DNA from: a virus
Taxonomy: Duplodnaviria > Caudoviricetes
Virus record (IMG/VR): IMGVR_UViG_3300042509_001342
Coordinates: 1 to 63,041 of that record
Reading direction: 5' to 3' (one strand)
DNA: 63,041 bases
A program made the translations under genes and the position numbers. Under the pieces are notes generated by a model. It saw only the letters and a list, made by a program, of their open reading frames with translations, searched no databases and was not told where the DNA came from. The stretch's first letter is position 1. Each line of letters starts with the position of its first letter. This document shows, piece after piece, positions 43,301 through 52,579 of the stretch.

Positions 43301-43986
43301 ACCTTCTTGGTGGCGGCTGCTGGGTCAGCCTGAGCTTCGATGATGTCCTTGACGGTCAGGTTTCGCCGGGAGGTCACCGTTCCAGCCAGCGGTCTGGCCA
43401 AGAGGTCAGCGTCGGTCAGGTCGTTGGCAATCTCGGACGCACTCGGCCTTACCCCCGGAGACTTCCAGCCTCGGCCAAAGTTCTCCCACCAAGAATCCAA
43501 AGCGTTCTGGGTGTACTTGCTGCCCAAGTCTCCGTCTTGAATGAGCTTCTTGCTCATCACACGGGTGGCGTCATCAAGCAGGCCAGCACCCCGGAGGGCC
43601 TCGGCACCGCGAGTCAGGCCCGGTCCAACGTAGGTGGTCGGGTCAGTGAGCGCACCAGCAGCAAACTCTGCAAGCGGTCTTCCCCATCCGCCCAAGGCTT
43701 CAGAGCTTGGCCGAAGACCCAACTCGGCAAGCATCTTGCCAGTGGTTGTGCCGCTGCCGAGGGACTGGCCTGCAATCGTATCCCTGACAAGGGACGCAGG
43801 GGCATCCAGTACGTCAAAGAGAAGCTCGGCCCCCTGAAGGGTGCGGCCTGCCACCTTGTCAAGAAGGGACTCCCTTTCTTCAGGAGAAAGGGCCGTACCC
43901 GCGACCGGGCTTTCGCTGTCGAAGTAGCTGCCGCCGTAGCCGATCTGCTTCCGGCGACCGCGTGGAGGGTCAAAGTAAGACTCCAC
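40348..43986 (-). CDS. Large internal virion (ejection) protein
   Basis: 1212 aa, last gene of the tail arm; DPTTYV and DYDSLT..EK..RRLIPFWSY motifs typical of podovirus internal proteins. Confidence 0.65.
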   Translation of the reverse strand: MESYFDPPRGRRKQIGYGGSYFDSESPVAGTALSPEERESLLDKVAGRTLQGAELLFDVLDAPASLVRDTIAGQSLGSGTTTGKMLAELGLRPSSEALGGWGRPLAEFAAGALTDPTTYVGPGLTRGAEALRGAGLLDDATRVMSKKLIQDGDLGSKYTQNALDSWWENFGRGWKSPGVRPSASEIANDLTDADLLARPLAGTVTSRRNLTVKDIIEAQADPAAATKKVDDWLGRYKQNYDQVKDSPLRYDIGIGLPLSDYVQTGMNLGPFGETIARNIDKAGQALRWSAPVRYGYAAFDRSAAGSPKESVQIIGKELTNALKAGESAGRFKASQHLQDLDPSVFGDNEVGRAMRRVLEGRPSPEDLKMISSRSDLQRFVDMWHGQGAYAALKTGSNFVPTQPGLAAEYLSKRAQAGLGSEELQDPFKTMYFPRHVDDMSFWQKITEEGSGKSSGGKSFSAMTGDQMARKDPLKSPGGTDVLNKLSLDPQVAGPDRLLSSDLEAARYIKKVMDGESAKLFPAGTGPEYTMKQASLLARTLRQLDQKSLDAGMPLFGSSFVDDFTRSVVGNERALAVASTMEDFLAKSAKLQNYKTVTDKNVHVSMGKALKDLDLFTLPQTKLPVQVQMGAKTQIANRLASRFPAEDIKLRNVSVDKRVVSAMAKIADFYKYPEVQRDWLAFFDRFTAMWKTTILAWPASKNRDWYAAGFTNLVELGSGRDTMAGYSSAKDLIQGNWEKLDEHLATWPKYKGMAPDERKRAYISDIAAAGVTSGRRQSDLAGRATALQGGVNVADELLPGWNPRTTTGYAAWDKLTGNTLPKPAEHAVSELTKNWDKFGELGLQDSTNIGNPFLRWSAKSGDITDQINRMALFNGLLRQGVDPMEAGKRVLTAHVDYDSLTTLEKNFFRRLIPFWSYTSRTSKWVAKQIMDHPGGRYTQLGMRLPEAVLHSEEEEYVPESIRGSYGTPVEGRLSRPFGGVKEGVTPWLTDIDLPGIDQINMIKPGFQRDGTPSIAGTAWNTGTDAVGKLAHPLLKEIAQTVTGENFYTKRPLKDMETVSQTLAEDLIGVHPQSAWGQTIKNLDPVLNLLPFAPRTLQITNRLLDDEKLPDFRDRLWQMGINATSGVKFQNVDDQARRIDARKKIAEMMQADPLVRNFTQTFIPEDSKPFVDNELLELMALERQLGKELARERELRSGVISTKKRRTDPQSYFE

Positions 43987-43998
43987 TGCCCCCTCCTT

Positions 43999-45780
43999 TT
44001 ACCACCAGCCGGTCAAGTCCCCGACCCCTTCGTACATACCGTGTGCGGCCGACTGCCACGGACCCTTGGCGTACTCTCCGGTCATCGAATACCAAGCGTT
44101 GCGGGTGGTGTCGTTCCACGGGTCTGCCCCCAATTGCCGCGCCCAAGTTTCGTAATCGTCACCTTCTTCGCTGGATTCTTTGACCGCCATTGTCCACTGG
44201 CGGAAGTACTCTTTTTCTTCTGCGTCAACAGCCTGTCCGCTCGACACCTTTGACCAGACCGACTGGGCGTGAGTGGTGCCCTTTTCTGCAACGTAGGCGT
44301 TCTCTCGCTTGGGGTCCGCAACCTGACCGGGACCAAGCGTTTGCTTAAAAGTGGTCCGGTAGACGGCAATCGACTCAGGGCTTGCCCGCTGGGCTTTCTT
44401 TAGGTCATCGGCCTCTTTGGTGACAGGAGACCTGTTTTCGTAAGCCTTCTGCTCCTGAACCGTCTTCATGGCATTGGCTTCGTCTTGGCCTTTCTGCATG
44501 AAGGCGGCAAAGTTTCCAAGTCCAAGCTCTGGGTTCTGGGCATGGTAAGCAACCAGCGTTCGGATCATGTCCTCAGAGGTGCCAGCGTTTTGCAGGTCCC
44601 TCTGGAACATCACGTTTGCTACGGAGGTGTTCATCCTGCGGGCAGTGTTGTCCTGATTGGCCCGCTCACGAATGGCACCACGAACGTCGGCACCCTGTTC
44701 GGCCTTCCACTGATTGGTGAAAGTGTCGCGGACTTGGGCCGCCCGTTCAGCATGGCTCAGGCCGGTGCCTAGATCGTAAGCTTGCCGGAACTGCGAGAAC
44801 GTAACGTCCTGCTTGCCGTCACCATCTCGGTCAGCACGGGCCTGCTTTTCCCACTTGGCGTACTCATCCCGAAGCCACTTCTCGCCACGCTGATCTTCCA
44901 TGCGGTCGCGGGTACGCTGGTTGGGGGTGTACCTCATGCCGCCGCCGGGGACTTTGACAACGTCGTAGTCTTCCATCATCCGGTTGTGGCGGTTTTCAAA
45001 AGCAGCAAGGTCCGCTTCAAGCTGCGGCATCTCCTCTTCGGAGTAGGCGTCGTAGTCGATGCCCGCCAGCTTTGCTCTGTACTCCAGAGAGTTTCCAGCC
45101 TGAAGATGCACCGAGCGGTCTGCAGGGGCTCTCGGGACATAACCACCCTTTCCGTCATTGGCAGTCTGGTCCCAAACGTGGTAGCCCTCACCACCGGGGC
45201 CGTCTTTCCTCGGCACCTCAGGCTGGTGCAACTGGTAGTCCCGGGCCTTCTTTTGCTCGGGCGTCAGGTACCTGTCGGGCACACTGTCGGCAACACCTCT
45301 GCGTCCACGAAGGGGGCTTCCAGCACGACCTCCCGGCATGGGCCTAGTGGCTTCGTAATGGGCCTGCTGCTCGGCAAGAGCCTTTTCCTTTTCGGCATGG
45401 GCTCTGGCTAGGGCGGCCCTTCGCATACGGTCGCCACTGTCTTGGGCAAGCCCACGCTCAAAGCCAATGGCACGGGCGGCACCACGATCCAGTGCCCCTT
45501 CCTTGTGTTCCCGGTAGTCTTCAGCCCACTGCGGTGCTTCGATGGCCCGGACTGCGACTTCACGACGCCGCCGATTCTCGTCGCTGGCAGAGGGCTTTGG
45601 CTCTTCGGGACCGGGAAGGTGAAGCTCTGGCTCTTCCACCCTGTCGTGACCAGCAGAAAGCTCGGGTCCGTCCAAGGGGGAGCCCTCACCGCGAGCCAGC
45701 CTAGCCCGCTCGGCCCGGTGCCTGCGGATAGTCTCTTCAGAAGATGAGCCCGGTCGATAGGGAATAGCCATCAGTGCCAC
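43999..45780 (-). CDS. Putative internal virion protein
   Basis: 593-aa charged helical ORF in the ejection-protein position. Confidence 0.6.
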   Translation of the reverse strand: MALMAIPYRPGSSSEETIRRHRAERARLARGEGSPLDGPELSAGHDRVEEPELHLPGPEEPKPSASDENRRRREVAVRAIEAPQWAEDYREHKEGALDRGAARAIGFERGLAQDSGDRMRRAALARAHAEKEKALAEQQAHYEATRPMPGGRAGSPLRGRRGVADSVPDRYLTPEQKKARDYQLHQPEVPRKDGPGGEGYHVWDQTANDGKGGYVPRAPADRSVHLQAGNSLEYRAKLAGIDYDAYSEEEMPQLEADLAAFENRHNRMMEDYDVVKVPGGGMRYTPNQRTRDRMEDQRGEKWLRDEYAKWEKQARADRDGDGKQDVTFSQFRQAYDLGTGLSHAERAAQVRDTFTNQWKAEQGADVRGAIRERANQDNTARRMNTSVANVMFQRDLQNAGTSEDMIRTLVAYHAQNPELGLGNFAAFMQKGQDEANAMKTVQEQKAYENRSPVTKEADDLKKAQRASPESIAVYRTTFKQTLGPGQVADPKRENAYVAEKGTTHAQSVWSKVSSGQAVDAEEKEYFRQWTMAVKESSEEGDDYETWARQLGADPWNDTTRNAWYSMTGEYAKGPWQSAAHGMYEGVGDLTGWW

Positions 45781-48700
45781 CTTGACATGGTTTGCGGAAT
45801 CTTCTGTGCTTTCTGCGATCCATCAATAAGTGCTTTGAGTTGGCGAAGCCGGTCTTCGGACGATCCCGATGCAGGGAAATCACCGATGTCTCTTCTGCCT
45901 TCTGGGCCGGTTCCTGTTTCAGTCTCGCCGCGAGCGAACGGGTCTTCGTATTCGGGCTGAGTCAAGTTGTTTGCAATCTGGTAGGCCGCCCCAGCCCCGA
46001 GCAGCAAGCCGCCGCCAATCAACGCTTTCTTTTTGGATGGGATGTAGCCCTTGATCCGTTCGGTCAGGGACTTTTTCTTGGGCTTGCCGTCCTTGCCGAC
46101 TTTGGACTCTGCGTCAACATCTGTCTTGTTGTCAGTTTTTGCAGGGTCAGGATCGTTCTTTCCAACAACAGGGGCATCGCTCTCGCCAACATTTGATTTT
46201 GCAGCTTGGTCGAGCTTTTCGTTGACGGCATCAACGTCTGCTGGGGTTTTCTTGCCAGCCTGCGGAGCCGGGCCCTTTTGGGCGGCGGCCTGCTGTGGCT
46301 TGGCTTTTGGCTGCGGCTTCGGCTTAGCCTGACCTTTGGGTTTGGCTGCTGTCGTGGCTGCTGCTTGCTGCGTCTGCGGCTTAGCTTGAGGCTTGGGCTG
46401 CGGGGTAGTGGTGGCCTGCGGTGCTGGCTGCGGGGCAGGCTGTGCCGTGGCGGCTTCTGGCTTCCCCTTCTTGTGCGGACCACTGGCAACCGCCGCGTCG
46501 AGCTTGTCCATCACCTCTGCCTTGAAGGCCGCCCGATGGTCAGGGTCGGTGATTGCGTCGTAAGCGTCCTTGGCTTCGCGGTACTGAGCCTTAGCCCAAA
46601 CAAGCTCTTCGGGCGTTGCGTCCTTGTTGCCGAGGATTGTTTCAAACTTGGCAAGCGGCAGTTCGTCTTCTGCTTCAAGGCCGCCAAGCTGAAAGTCTTC
46701 GGCTTCGTCGGCAGCAGCGGCACCCTCGGTCTTGGCCGGGGCACTCTGTTTTCCGTCGCTTTCTAATTGGTACCGGCTGGGCACAACCTCCCCGTCAGGC
46801 CGGGTGACGTAGCCGCCGGGCTTTGCTGCCGTGACGCTGCGGTTGCCAAGAGCCCGCTCTTCTTCGGCCAGCATTTCCTTCTGCTTGGTATCGTACTCAC
46901 GAATCTCTGCCTCGCTCTGGGGGCCGTACCTTTCAACCTTGGCATTGGGAGCCGCCTTGTACCGAGACTTCCAAGCACCCTCATCTGCGTGATCCGTGGT
47001 CAGCTTCTTGGCCTTTGACTGACGAGCCTGCTCCGTCTTGTAGGCATCAAGCTCTTCCTTGCTGCGGGCAATGTCTTCTGGGTTGGCTTCAAAGTCGGGG
47101 CTGACGGCTGGCTCACCATCACGAACCGACGAGACAATTTCCGGGTGATCGGCCCTCTTGGTCAAATCCCGGAAGTACTCCGCTGACGGCGATCCGCCTT
47201 CAGGCCAAAGAACATTGAAACGAGCGATGGCCCGAGCTTTCTTGCCGTTGGTGTCAGAAGGGAGCTTGGACGCCATGCTTTGGTAAGCCAGATTGCGAAG
47301 CTCCGCGATCCTGCTTGGCTTAGTCGGGAATGAACCGGAGGTTCGGATCGGTTCAGCAACCACATCTCCGGTCTTCGGGTCTCGGTACACCACCTTGCCA
47401 TTCTGTGTTCGGTAAAGGGCCCACTCACGAATCCCTTCCTTGCCGCCCTTGAACACTTCCCTGCCTTCAGACCCCTTGAACTTGTCTGAATTGGCGGTTG
47501 CGTTTTCGACGGCAGGAGTTGCGGCAGCTTCCCGGTCGATCCGCTCAAGACTGCCGATCTCCGCGTCATCCGAAAGAGACCTGCTGTCAGTCGAGCGGCT
47601 GGAGTTCTGTGCTTCATCCAAAGCATCGTTGGGGCCGAGTTGTTTTCGTACTTCAGCCAGTTCCTTTGCGGGAACAGGGCCGCTGCCCTTTGCCGAAAAC
47701 CGCTCCCGTGCCAGTTCCTCAAGCCCAGCCGCTGCCATCCGGTAGTAGTCGCTGCCTTGGGCCGGTGCTTTATCAGGAGAAAGAACGCGGTTCAAAACGT
47801 ATTCAGCAAACTGCCGGGGGCCGACATTGGGATCGCTGGAGAACCCGGAGCCGTAATCGGAAGGGGAGAGCTTCTTCTGGCCGCCCTCGGGCTTAACCTG
47901 CATCATGTCCCAAAGACGGTCGAGGTTGCCTCTGCCGACGCCCGGGTTTTCGATCATCTGAATGATCAAGTTATCAACGACATCCTGCTCTGACTTTAGG
48001 CTGTTCGTGGCTCGTTGATTGTTTGTCAGGGGCGTAGGCTTCCTGACGGTTGGCTTCTTGACGCCGTTCAGCGTTTCGGTAACGCGATTGAGTATTTCAT
48101 TCAGCCGCTTTGTGTCGCCTGATTCTTTGGCTGCTCTGATGGAAGCCACAAGTTCGTCAACGTCACCGAAGGCGGCAGTCATTGCAGCCTGTGCCTCTTG
48201 GCCCCAGCTATCCCATGCGTTTTCATACTTCCGGCCTGCATGAACAGCACCATTATCGAATGGACCAAACGTGCCTTTGTCTTCTCCGGTTTGCTCAAGG
48301 ACTCTTCGCGGAACCTTCCTGACGGCCTGCGGCGGCATGGGCGGCGTGTCGGAAATGTTGTTCTTGCGAAGCAGCGTCTTGAGAACGTCATCGCCAAGAA
48401 CAGACAGATCGACTTCGCCTGCACCGGGAAGCTGACGAACCCTTTCCTCAAGCCACTGGCGGGTTTCTTCTGGGCTGATAGTTGGCTGGTATGACTGGTT
48501 GTCGAATACGATTTTCGCCGGGTCTCCCCCATCGACTGTTTCGCCGGGGAGCCTCATGTACGGAGTGGCCTTGAACGTAGAAGCACCAGCACCACGCAAA
48601 CCTTTGGTGTCCACGCCTTCGACAGGGGGCATCCGCTCTGGGTCGCCTTGCTTGTAGGCAAAGTCTCCCGGAGGAACTCCTTCTTGCAGGTTGTTTTCTG

Positions 48701-49337
48701 GGGCAGTCTCGACCACCGGAGAGTCATCGGGCTCGGCTGGCATTACCCGGGCATCTTGCTCACCGGGAACCTGAGTCTTCTCGTAGGTCACGCGGCCAGA
48801 CTCTGATCCCTTGACCGCATCCAGTGCAGCCAACCGGGCCCTGTCTGGCTTGCCGCCTTGCAGCAGGCCCATGACTTCGGCGGCCATGGGAGACCAGCCG
48901 CCAAGTTCTTCTCGGTTGGCCTTGGGGAACTCCCTTGCAATGCTCTCGGCAATGCTTGCCTTCTGGTCCGCAGGCAGGGACTTGAACTCTTTGACAAGCT
49001 GAGCAAGGGACTCGCCGTCACCCGACTGAGCAAGGCTGAAAAGAAGCTCGGTCAGGCCACGGGCTCGGGAGCCGGGCACTTCCATGCGGGTGCCACCCGG
49101 CCCGGCCATCCGGCGTTCTCCGGTCTTCGGGTCGATGCCGCCTTTGGGAAGGGAGTAGCCGTCCTTCTTTTGCTTCAGCAAGCGTTCCAGAAGCAACTCA
49201 AAATTACTGAGTGTGCGGGTGCCGCCGTCCGGTGTAGACACCGACGCGGGGGCCTTCCGGGGAATGCCGACATCCCCCTTGTTCTTGATCTTGTCGGAGA
49301 AGTTGCTGAGCGGAACCCAGTCCGGTGCCCTAGCCAT
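45771..49337 (-). CDS. Large putative internal virion protein with C-terminal TM-like segment
   Basis: 1188 aa; P/Q/K/A-rich linker; ALIGGGLLLGAGAAY. Confidence 0.6.
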   Translation of the reverse strand: MARAPDWVPLSNFSDKIKNKGDVGIPRKAPASVSTPDGGTRTLSNFELLLERLLKQKKDGYSLPKGGIDPKTGERRMAGPGGTRMEVPGSRARGLTELLFSLAQSGDGESLAQLVKEFKSLPADQKASIAESIAREFPKANREELGGWSPMAAEVMGLLQGGKPDRARLAALDAVKGSESGRVTYEKTQVPGEQDARVMPAEPDDSPVVETAPENNLQEGVPPGDFAYKQGDPERMPPVEGVDTKGLRGAGASTFKATPYMRLPGETVDGGDPAKIVFDNQSYQPTISPEETRQWLEERVRQLPGAGEVDLSVLGDDVLKTLLRKNNISDTPPMPPQAVRKVPRRVLEQTGEDKGTFGPFDNGAVHAGRKYENAWDSWGQEAQAAMTAAFGDVDELVASIRAAKESGDTKRLNEILNRVTETLNGVKKPTVRKPTPLTNNQRATNSLKSEQDVVDNLIIQMIENPGVGRGNLDRLWDMMQVKPEGGQKKLSPSDYGSGFSSDPNVGPRQFAEYVLNRVLSPDKAPAQGSDYYRMAAAGLEELARERFSAKGSGPVPAKELAEVRKQLGPNDALDEAQNSSRSTDSRSLSDDAEIGSLERIDREAAATPAVENATANSDKFKGSEGREVFKGGKEGIREWALYRTQNGKVVYRDPKTGDVVAEPIRTSGSFPTKPSRIAELRNLAYQSMASKLPSDTNGKKARAIARFNVLWPEGGSPSAEYFRDLTKRADHPEIVSSVRDGEPAVSPDFEANPEDIARSKEELDAYKTEQARQSKAKKLTTDHADEGAWKSRYKAAPNAKVERYGPQSEAEIREYDTKQKEMLAEEERALGNRSVTAAKPGGYVTRPDGEVVPSRYQLESDGKQSAPAKTEGAAAADEAEDFQLGGLEAEDELPLAKFETILGNKDATPEELVWAKAQYREAKDAYDAITDPDHRAAFKAEVMDKLDAAVASGPHKKGKPEAATAQPAPQPAPQATTTPQPKPQAKPQTQQAAATTAAKPKGQAKPKPQPKAKPQQAAAQKGPAPQAGKKTPADVDAVNEKLDQAAKSNVGESDAPVVGKNDPDPAKTDNKTDVDAESKVGKDGKPKKKSLTERIKGYIPSKKKALIGGGLLLGAGAAYQIANNLTQPEYEDPFARGETETGTGPEGRRDIGDFPASGSSEDRLRQLKALIDGSQKAQKIPQTMSRWH

Positions 49338-49617
49338 TTTTCTTCTTGTCCTTCTTGTCTTCTTTGTCGGCAGCGATCTTCAGTCCGGGCGGCAGGTCGC
49401 CCTTGGTGACTTTCGGCGGCTTGGAGTCACCCTTCTTTTCTTCGTGCAGATCAACGAGATCGTCGTTCTCTTTGTCTGCGTCTTCCTCGGAATCCTTCTT
49501 GGCTTCTTCCTTTTCCTTGGGGGTAAGGTGCCTCATGGCAAACCCACCAAGAAGCTTCCGAAGCTGCTTCGGCGTGAGGTCTTCGAGGTCGAGGGTAGAG
49601 AAGTTTGCGTGGGACAT
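49330..49617 (-). CDS. Highly charged hypothetical protein
   Basis: K/E/D-rich; start chosen just after the upstream stop. Confidence 0.65.
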   Translation of the reverse strand: MSHANFSTLDLEDLTPKQLRKLLGGFAMRHLTPKEKEEAKKDSEEDADKENDDLVDLHEEKKGDSKPPKVTKGDLPPGLKIAADKEDKKDKKKNG

Positions 49618-49622
49618 TGCGA

Positions 49623-50114
49623 TTACCCAAGGTTTCCTAGGAGTGAAAGGCGGAAAGCCTGCCAACTGTTGTCTCGTTGCATTTGGTTGTTCATGCGGGC
49701 CGACTTGACCTGAAAGGCACGGTTGAAGTTTGACCCCTGAACGGCAGTGTCTTGTGCGTAGTTGTCATTGAGCCGAGCCTGCATGGCCTGCCGCGTGTCA
49801 AAGTCCTGCTGTGAGTTGAAGGCTTGGTCTTCGGCGCGGGCTTCGGCTACTGCGCTGGCCCCCCGTGCGGCACCGGAAGCTTGAGACTGAGCCGCCCTCA
49901 TGCGGTCCATGTTGTTGACAGAAAAGCCAGCCTTGGCTGACATGGCAGGGCGAACGTAGCCCTTCTGGAACTCCTCGGCCGCCCGGTTGTTCCCGAACTC
50001 CTCGGTGGCCCTGTCGCTAATGGTCCGTCGCGGCTGAATGCCAGCCAGACCTGCAACCGGATTCGGCTTGAAGGCAGACTGCGACGGCTTCAGTGAGTAG
50101 CTGTTTCCGATCAT
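49623..50114 (-). CDS. Q/N/A-rich putative DNA-transfer protein
   Basis: ATGA overlap at 50114; low-complexity helical sequence. Confidence 0.6.
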   Translation of the reverse strand: MIGNSYSLKPSQSAFKPNPVAGLAGIQPRRTISDRATEEFGNNRAAEEFQKGYVRPAMSAKAGFSVNNMDRMRAAQSQASGAARGASAVAEARAEDQAFNSQQDFDTRQAMQARLNDNYAQDTAVQGSNFNRAFQVKSARMNNQMQRDNSWQAFRLSLLGNLG

Positions 50115-50554
50115 CCAAGTAGCCTCGCAAGGCCGGAACGCCAGTTCATCCACATATCCCATTTGTGCTGGCCAAGCCGAAGTCCAAGCTGAGCTTGGTC
50201 AGCAGCCTGCTGGTTGTTCTGCTGAAACCGCTGCATCCGGGACTGCCGCATCTGCTGAGTCATGGCTTCTTGCTGCTGTTGCATCTGGGACTGCATCTTG
50301 GCATTGGCCATGTCTGACTTACGGCCAAGTGCTGCTTGGTTTTGATACAACTGCGACTTGGCAAAGTCCTGAGCCGCCCGGTCCCCTGTGGCAGTGCCCG
50401 TGTTGGGCTTGATCTGTGAGTCGTGCCGCAGCCCCGAGAGCAGGCTGGCCCGGTTGACCGCCTGCCCGTTAGCCTGAAGGTCAGCAACAGGCTGGCTGGG
50501 TTGCCGACCAAACGGAGCCGCCATCGGGTTTTGCTGGGGACCTTTTTGGTACAC
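50111..50554 (-). CDS. Q-rich putative DNA-transfer protein
   Basis: GAGGT RBS; C-terminus W..FR/WR..LLG similar to the neighbouring gene. Confidence 0.6.
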   Translation of the reverse strand: MYQKGPQQNPMAAPFGRQPSQPVADLQANGQAVNRASLLSGLRHDSQIKPNTGTATGDRAAQDFAKSQLYQNQAALGRKSDMANAKMQSQMQQQQEAMTQQMRQSRMQRFQQNNQQAADQAQLGLRLGQHKWDMWMNWRSGLARLLG

Positions 50555-50556
50555 GG

Positions 50557-51177
50557 CTACCTCGCCAGCAATGACTGGGACATGGCTTCAAAGGGGCCCA
50601 TGATTTTGTGGCCGCCGGGGCCGCTGACATGGGTGTTGCCGTAACCCATCATCCGCATCAGGGCATTGTTCTTTTGGGTCCGATACTGCTGCTCGTTGTT
50701 CTGGGGCTGCTGGTACTGCTGCCGCTGCTGGCCTTGGGCCTGAATAGAGGCCAGTCTTTCTTGGTGTGCCCGCTCTAGGCCCGCCTGCTGCTGTGCAACC
50801 CGGGCGTTCATTTCTTCCCGCCAAGCATCGTTCACCTGATTCACCATGTTGCTGTGGTGGGCGAACTGCTGCTGGGGATTGGGGAGAGCAAACATGGATT
50901 GGCCCTGCTGTTGCTGGTTCTGGGCGGCCTGCTGGCCTGCTGCCTGTGCGTTGTTGGCTGGCCGTTGGCTGCGGGCCTGCTTTTGGTTCTGGGCGTTCTG
51001 CTTGATCATGTCCCGCTTGAAGCCCTTCTTGTCTTTTCTCCAGCGTTCGTGGAAATCCTCCATCATCATCCTCTGTGCTTCCTCCGGGTCGGAGGAGTAC
51101 ATAGAGTTGTCCACACCCTGCGATTGCTGGGCGAGGGCGTAGTTGAAGTTCGAGCCCGTCATGTTCGGCCAAGCCAT
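50557..51177 (-). CDS. Q-rich hypothetical virion protein
   Basis: TAGGAG RBS; downstream of motif A. Confidence 0.65.
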   Translation of the reverse strand: MAWPNMTGSNFNYALAQQSQGVDNSMYSSDPEEAQRMMMEDFHERWRKDKKGFKRDMIKQNAQNQKQARSQRPANNAQAAGQQAAQNQQQQGQSMFALPNPQQQFAHHSNMVNQVNDAWREEMNARVAQQQAGLERAHQERLASIQAQGQQRQQYQQPQNNEQQYRTQKNNALMRMMGYGNTHVSGPGGHKIMGPFEAMSQSLLAR

Positions 51178-51194
51178 GATGGAAAATCTCCTAA

Positions 51195-51209
51195 CCCTTT
51201 TATGTCCGG
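51195..51209 (-). promoter_or_regulatory. Motif A copy (CCGGACATAAAAGGG)
   Basis: Intergenic; heads the internal-protein genes. Confidence 0.55.
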
Positions 51210-51274
51210 GTTACGCCCCATCGGGCAGAGGCATCTGCGGCGGCGATACTTTGGGACTGCTGCTATCCAGCGTC

Positions 51275-52180
51275 CTAAGCTTTCGACTTCGCCTTTCGCC
51301 TTCTGGACAATTTGATGGCTCGGTTCACCATCATCCGGGCCACCATCTCGGAGAACGGAAGGCCACGGTTTTCGGCTTCCTCTCGCAGGCCAGCCAGAAT
51401 CTCGTCCATGTGGGCTTCGCAGCCGTCTGGGCCCAAGCAGTTCATCCGCTTGGCCTTCTTACGGCATCCACAGTTGGCGTCGGAGACAATGCCAATCAGG
51501 GCAAGGGACTCGGAAAGCAGGGTTCCCGGGCCGTCAGGGTCAGACTCGCAGTCGGCTGGCTGCACGGATGCTGAACGGAGCGACCTGACTGGGCCAATGG
51601 GATCGGGGAGATTTGGGCCGACAAAAGCTTCGTCAACCACCGTGACCTGATTGCAGCCGGTTGGCGGCAAAACCTGAGACAGGTTATTGGAGAAGTAAAA
51701 AGTGCCAATGTATCCACATTGACTGCCAATCGTGTCATCTGTCGCAATGGTGAACGTCCGCTCGTTTTGAGTCCACGTTCGTTCCCATCGGTCGAGATTG
51801 CCGGTCATAAACCCTATCTGACCGTTGATTCGGATTCGATCATCCGCCTGTCCGCTGCCCCAGATTTTGACTGGCAGCGAATAACGGGAAGGAATCGTGA
51901 TCGTGTATTTCAGGGTGATGGCGTTTGGCCGGGGGGTGGGCGCGTAGCTGCGGCGAATATACAGCGACGTACATGGCCCATCGCACTCCACGGGGGCAGT
52001 GTTCAGGCAGTCTTCTTCTCGCTCCCAAATCCCAAACGGACTCGGGACGCACTCCGTTGCACTGACGCACTCCCAGCCCCAGTCGCCGCATTCGCAGCAC
52101 TCGTCCTTGTTGGCAGCGACGATTAGCCGCCCCGTTGGGGTTCTGAGGTAAGCACCCTTATATTTCGCAAGTGGTTTCAT
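51275..52180 (-). CDS. Cys-rich tail-associated protein
   Basis: ECCECG N-terminal cluster; C-terminal GPGT...CGC...MN..G..GC motif. Confidence 0.65.
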   Translation of the reverse strand: MKPLAKYKGAYLRTPTGRLIVAANKDECCECGDWGWECVSATECVPSPFGIWEREEDCLNTAPVECDGPCTSLYIRRSYAPTPRPNAITLKYTITIPSRYSLPVKIWGSGQADDRIRINGQIGFMTGNLDRWERTWTQNERTFTIATDDTIGSQCGYIGTFYFSNNLSQVLPPTGCNQVTVVDEAFVGPNLPDPIGPVRSLRSASVQPADCESDPDGPGTLLSESLALIGIVSDANCGCRKKAKRMNCLGPDGCEAHMDEILAGLREEAENRGLPFSEMVARMMVNRAIKLSRRRKAKSKA

Positions 52181-52183
52181 GGG

Positions 52184-52579
52184 TCAGTCCACTGAGCATT
52201 CGACGGTGTTTGCCAGCAAATCCTCAATGACCTTCACCCGCTTTTCCAGCTTCACCAAAGACTTTTGCATTTCCTCAAGGATGTCGCAGATGGACTTGCC
52301 GCCGCACTCCAAGACCGGAATCTCTGGCGGGGGGCCTTGGGTTGTGGTTGTGGCAACTGGCTGCGCAGGTGCAACCGCTGGAAGGACTTGCTCCCGGGGC
52401 TGGAATTTCTGGGGCCCGATGACATTGGCCCGGTCACCGTTGAGGGTGCGGAAATTGGCTGGGTTGGCCGACTCGGACAGGAGCCGCTGGGCAACGTCGA
52501 GTGCAGTATTTGCCGGGACTCCAGCCCTTATGAGAAGGTCAGCAATTTGCTGTGCTGCACGGGGGGAAATCGGCATCAC
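52184..52579 (-). CDS. Hypothetical tail-region protein
   Basis: Coupled to the upstream gene; C-terminal coiled coil. Confidence 0.65.
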   Translation of the reverse strand: MMPISPRAAQQIADLLIRAGVPANTALDVAQRLLSESANPANFRTLNGDRANVIGPQKFQPREQVLPAVAPAQPVATTTTQGPPPEIPVLECGGKSICDILEEMQKSLVKLEKRVKVIEDLLANTVECSVD

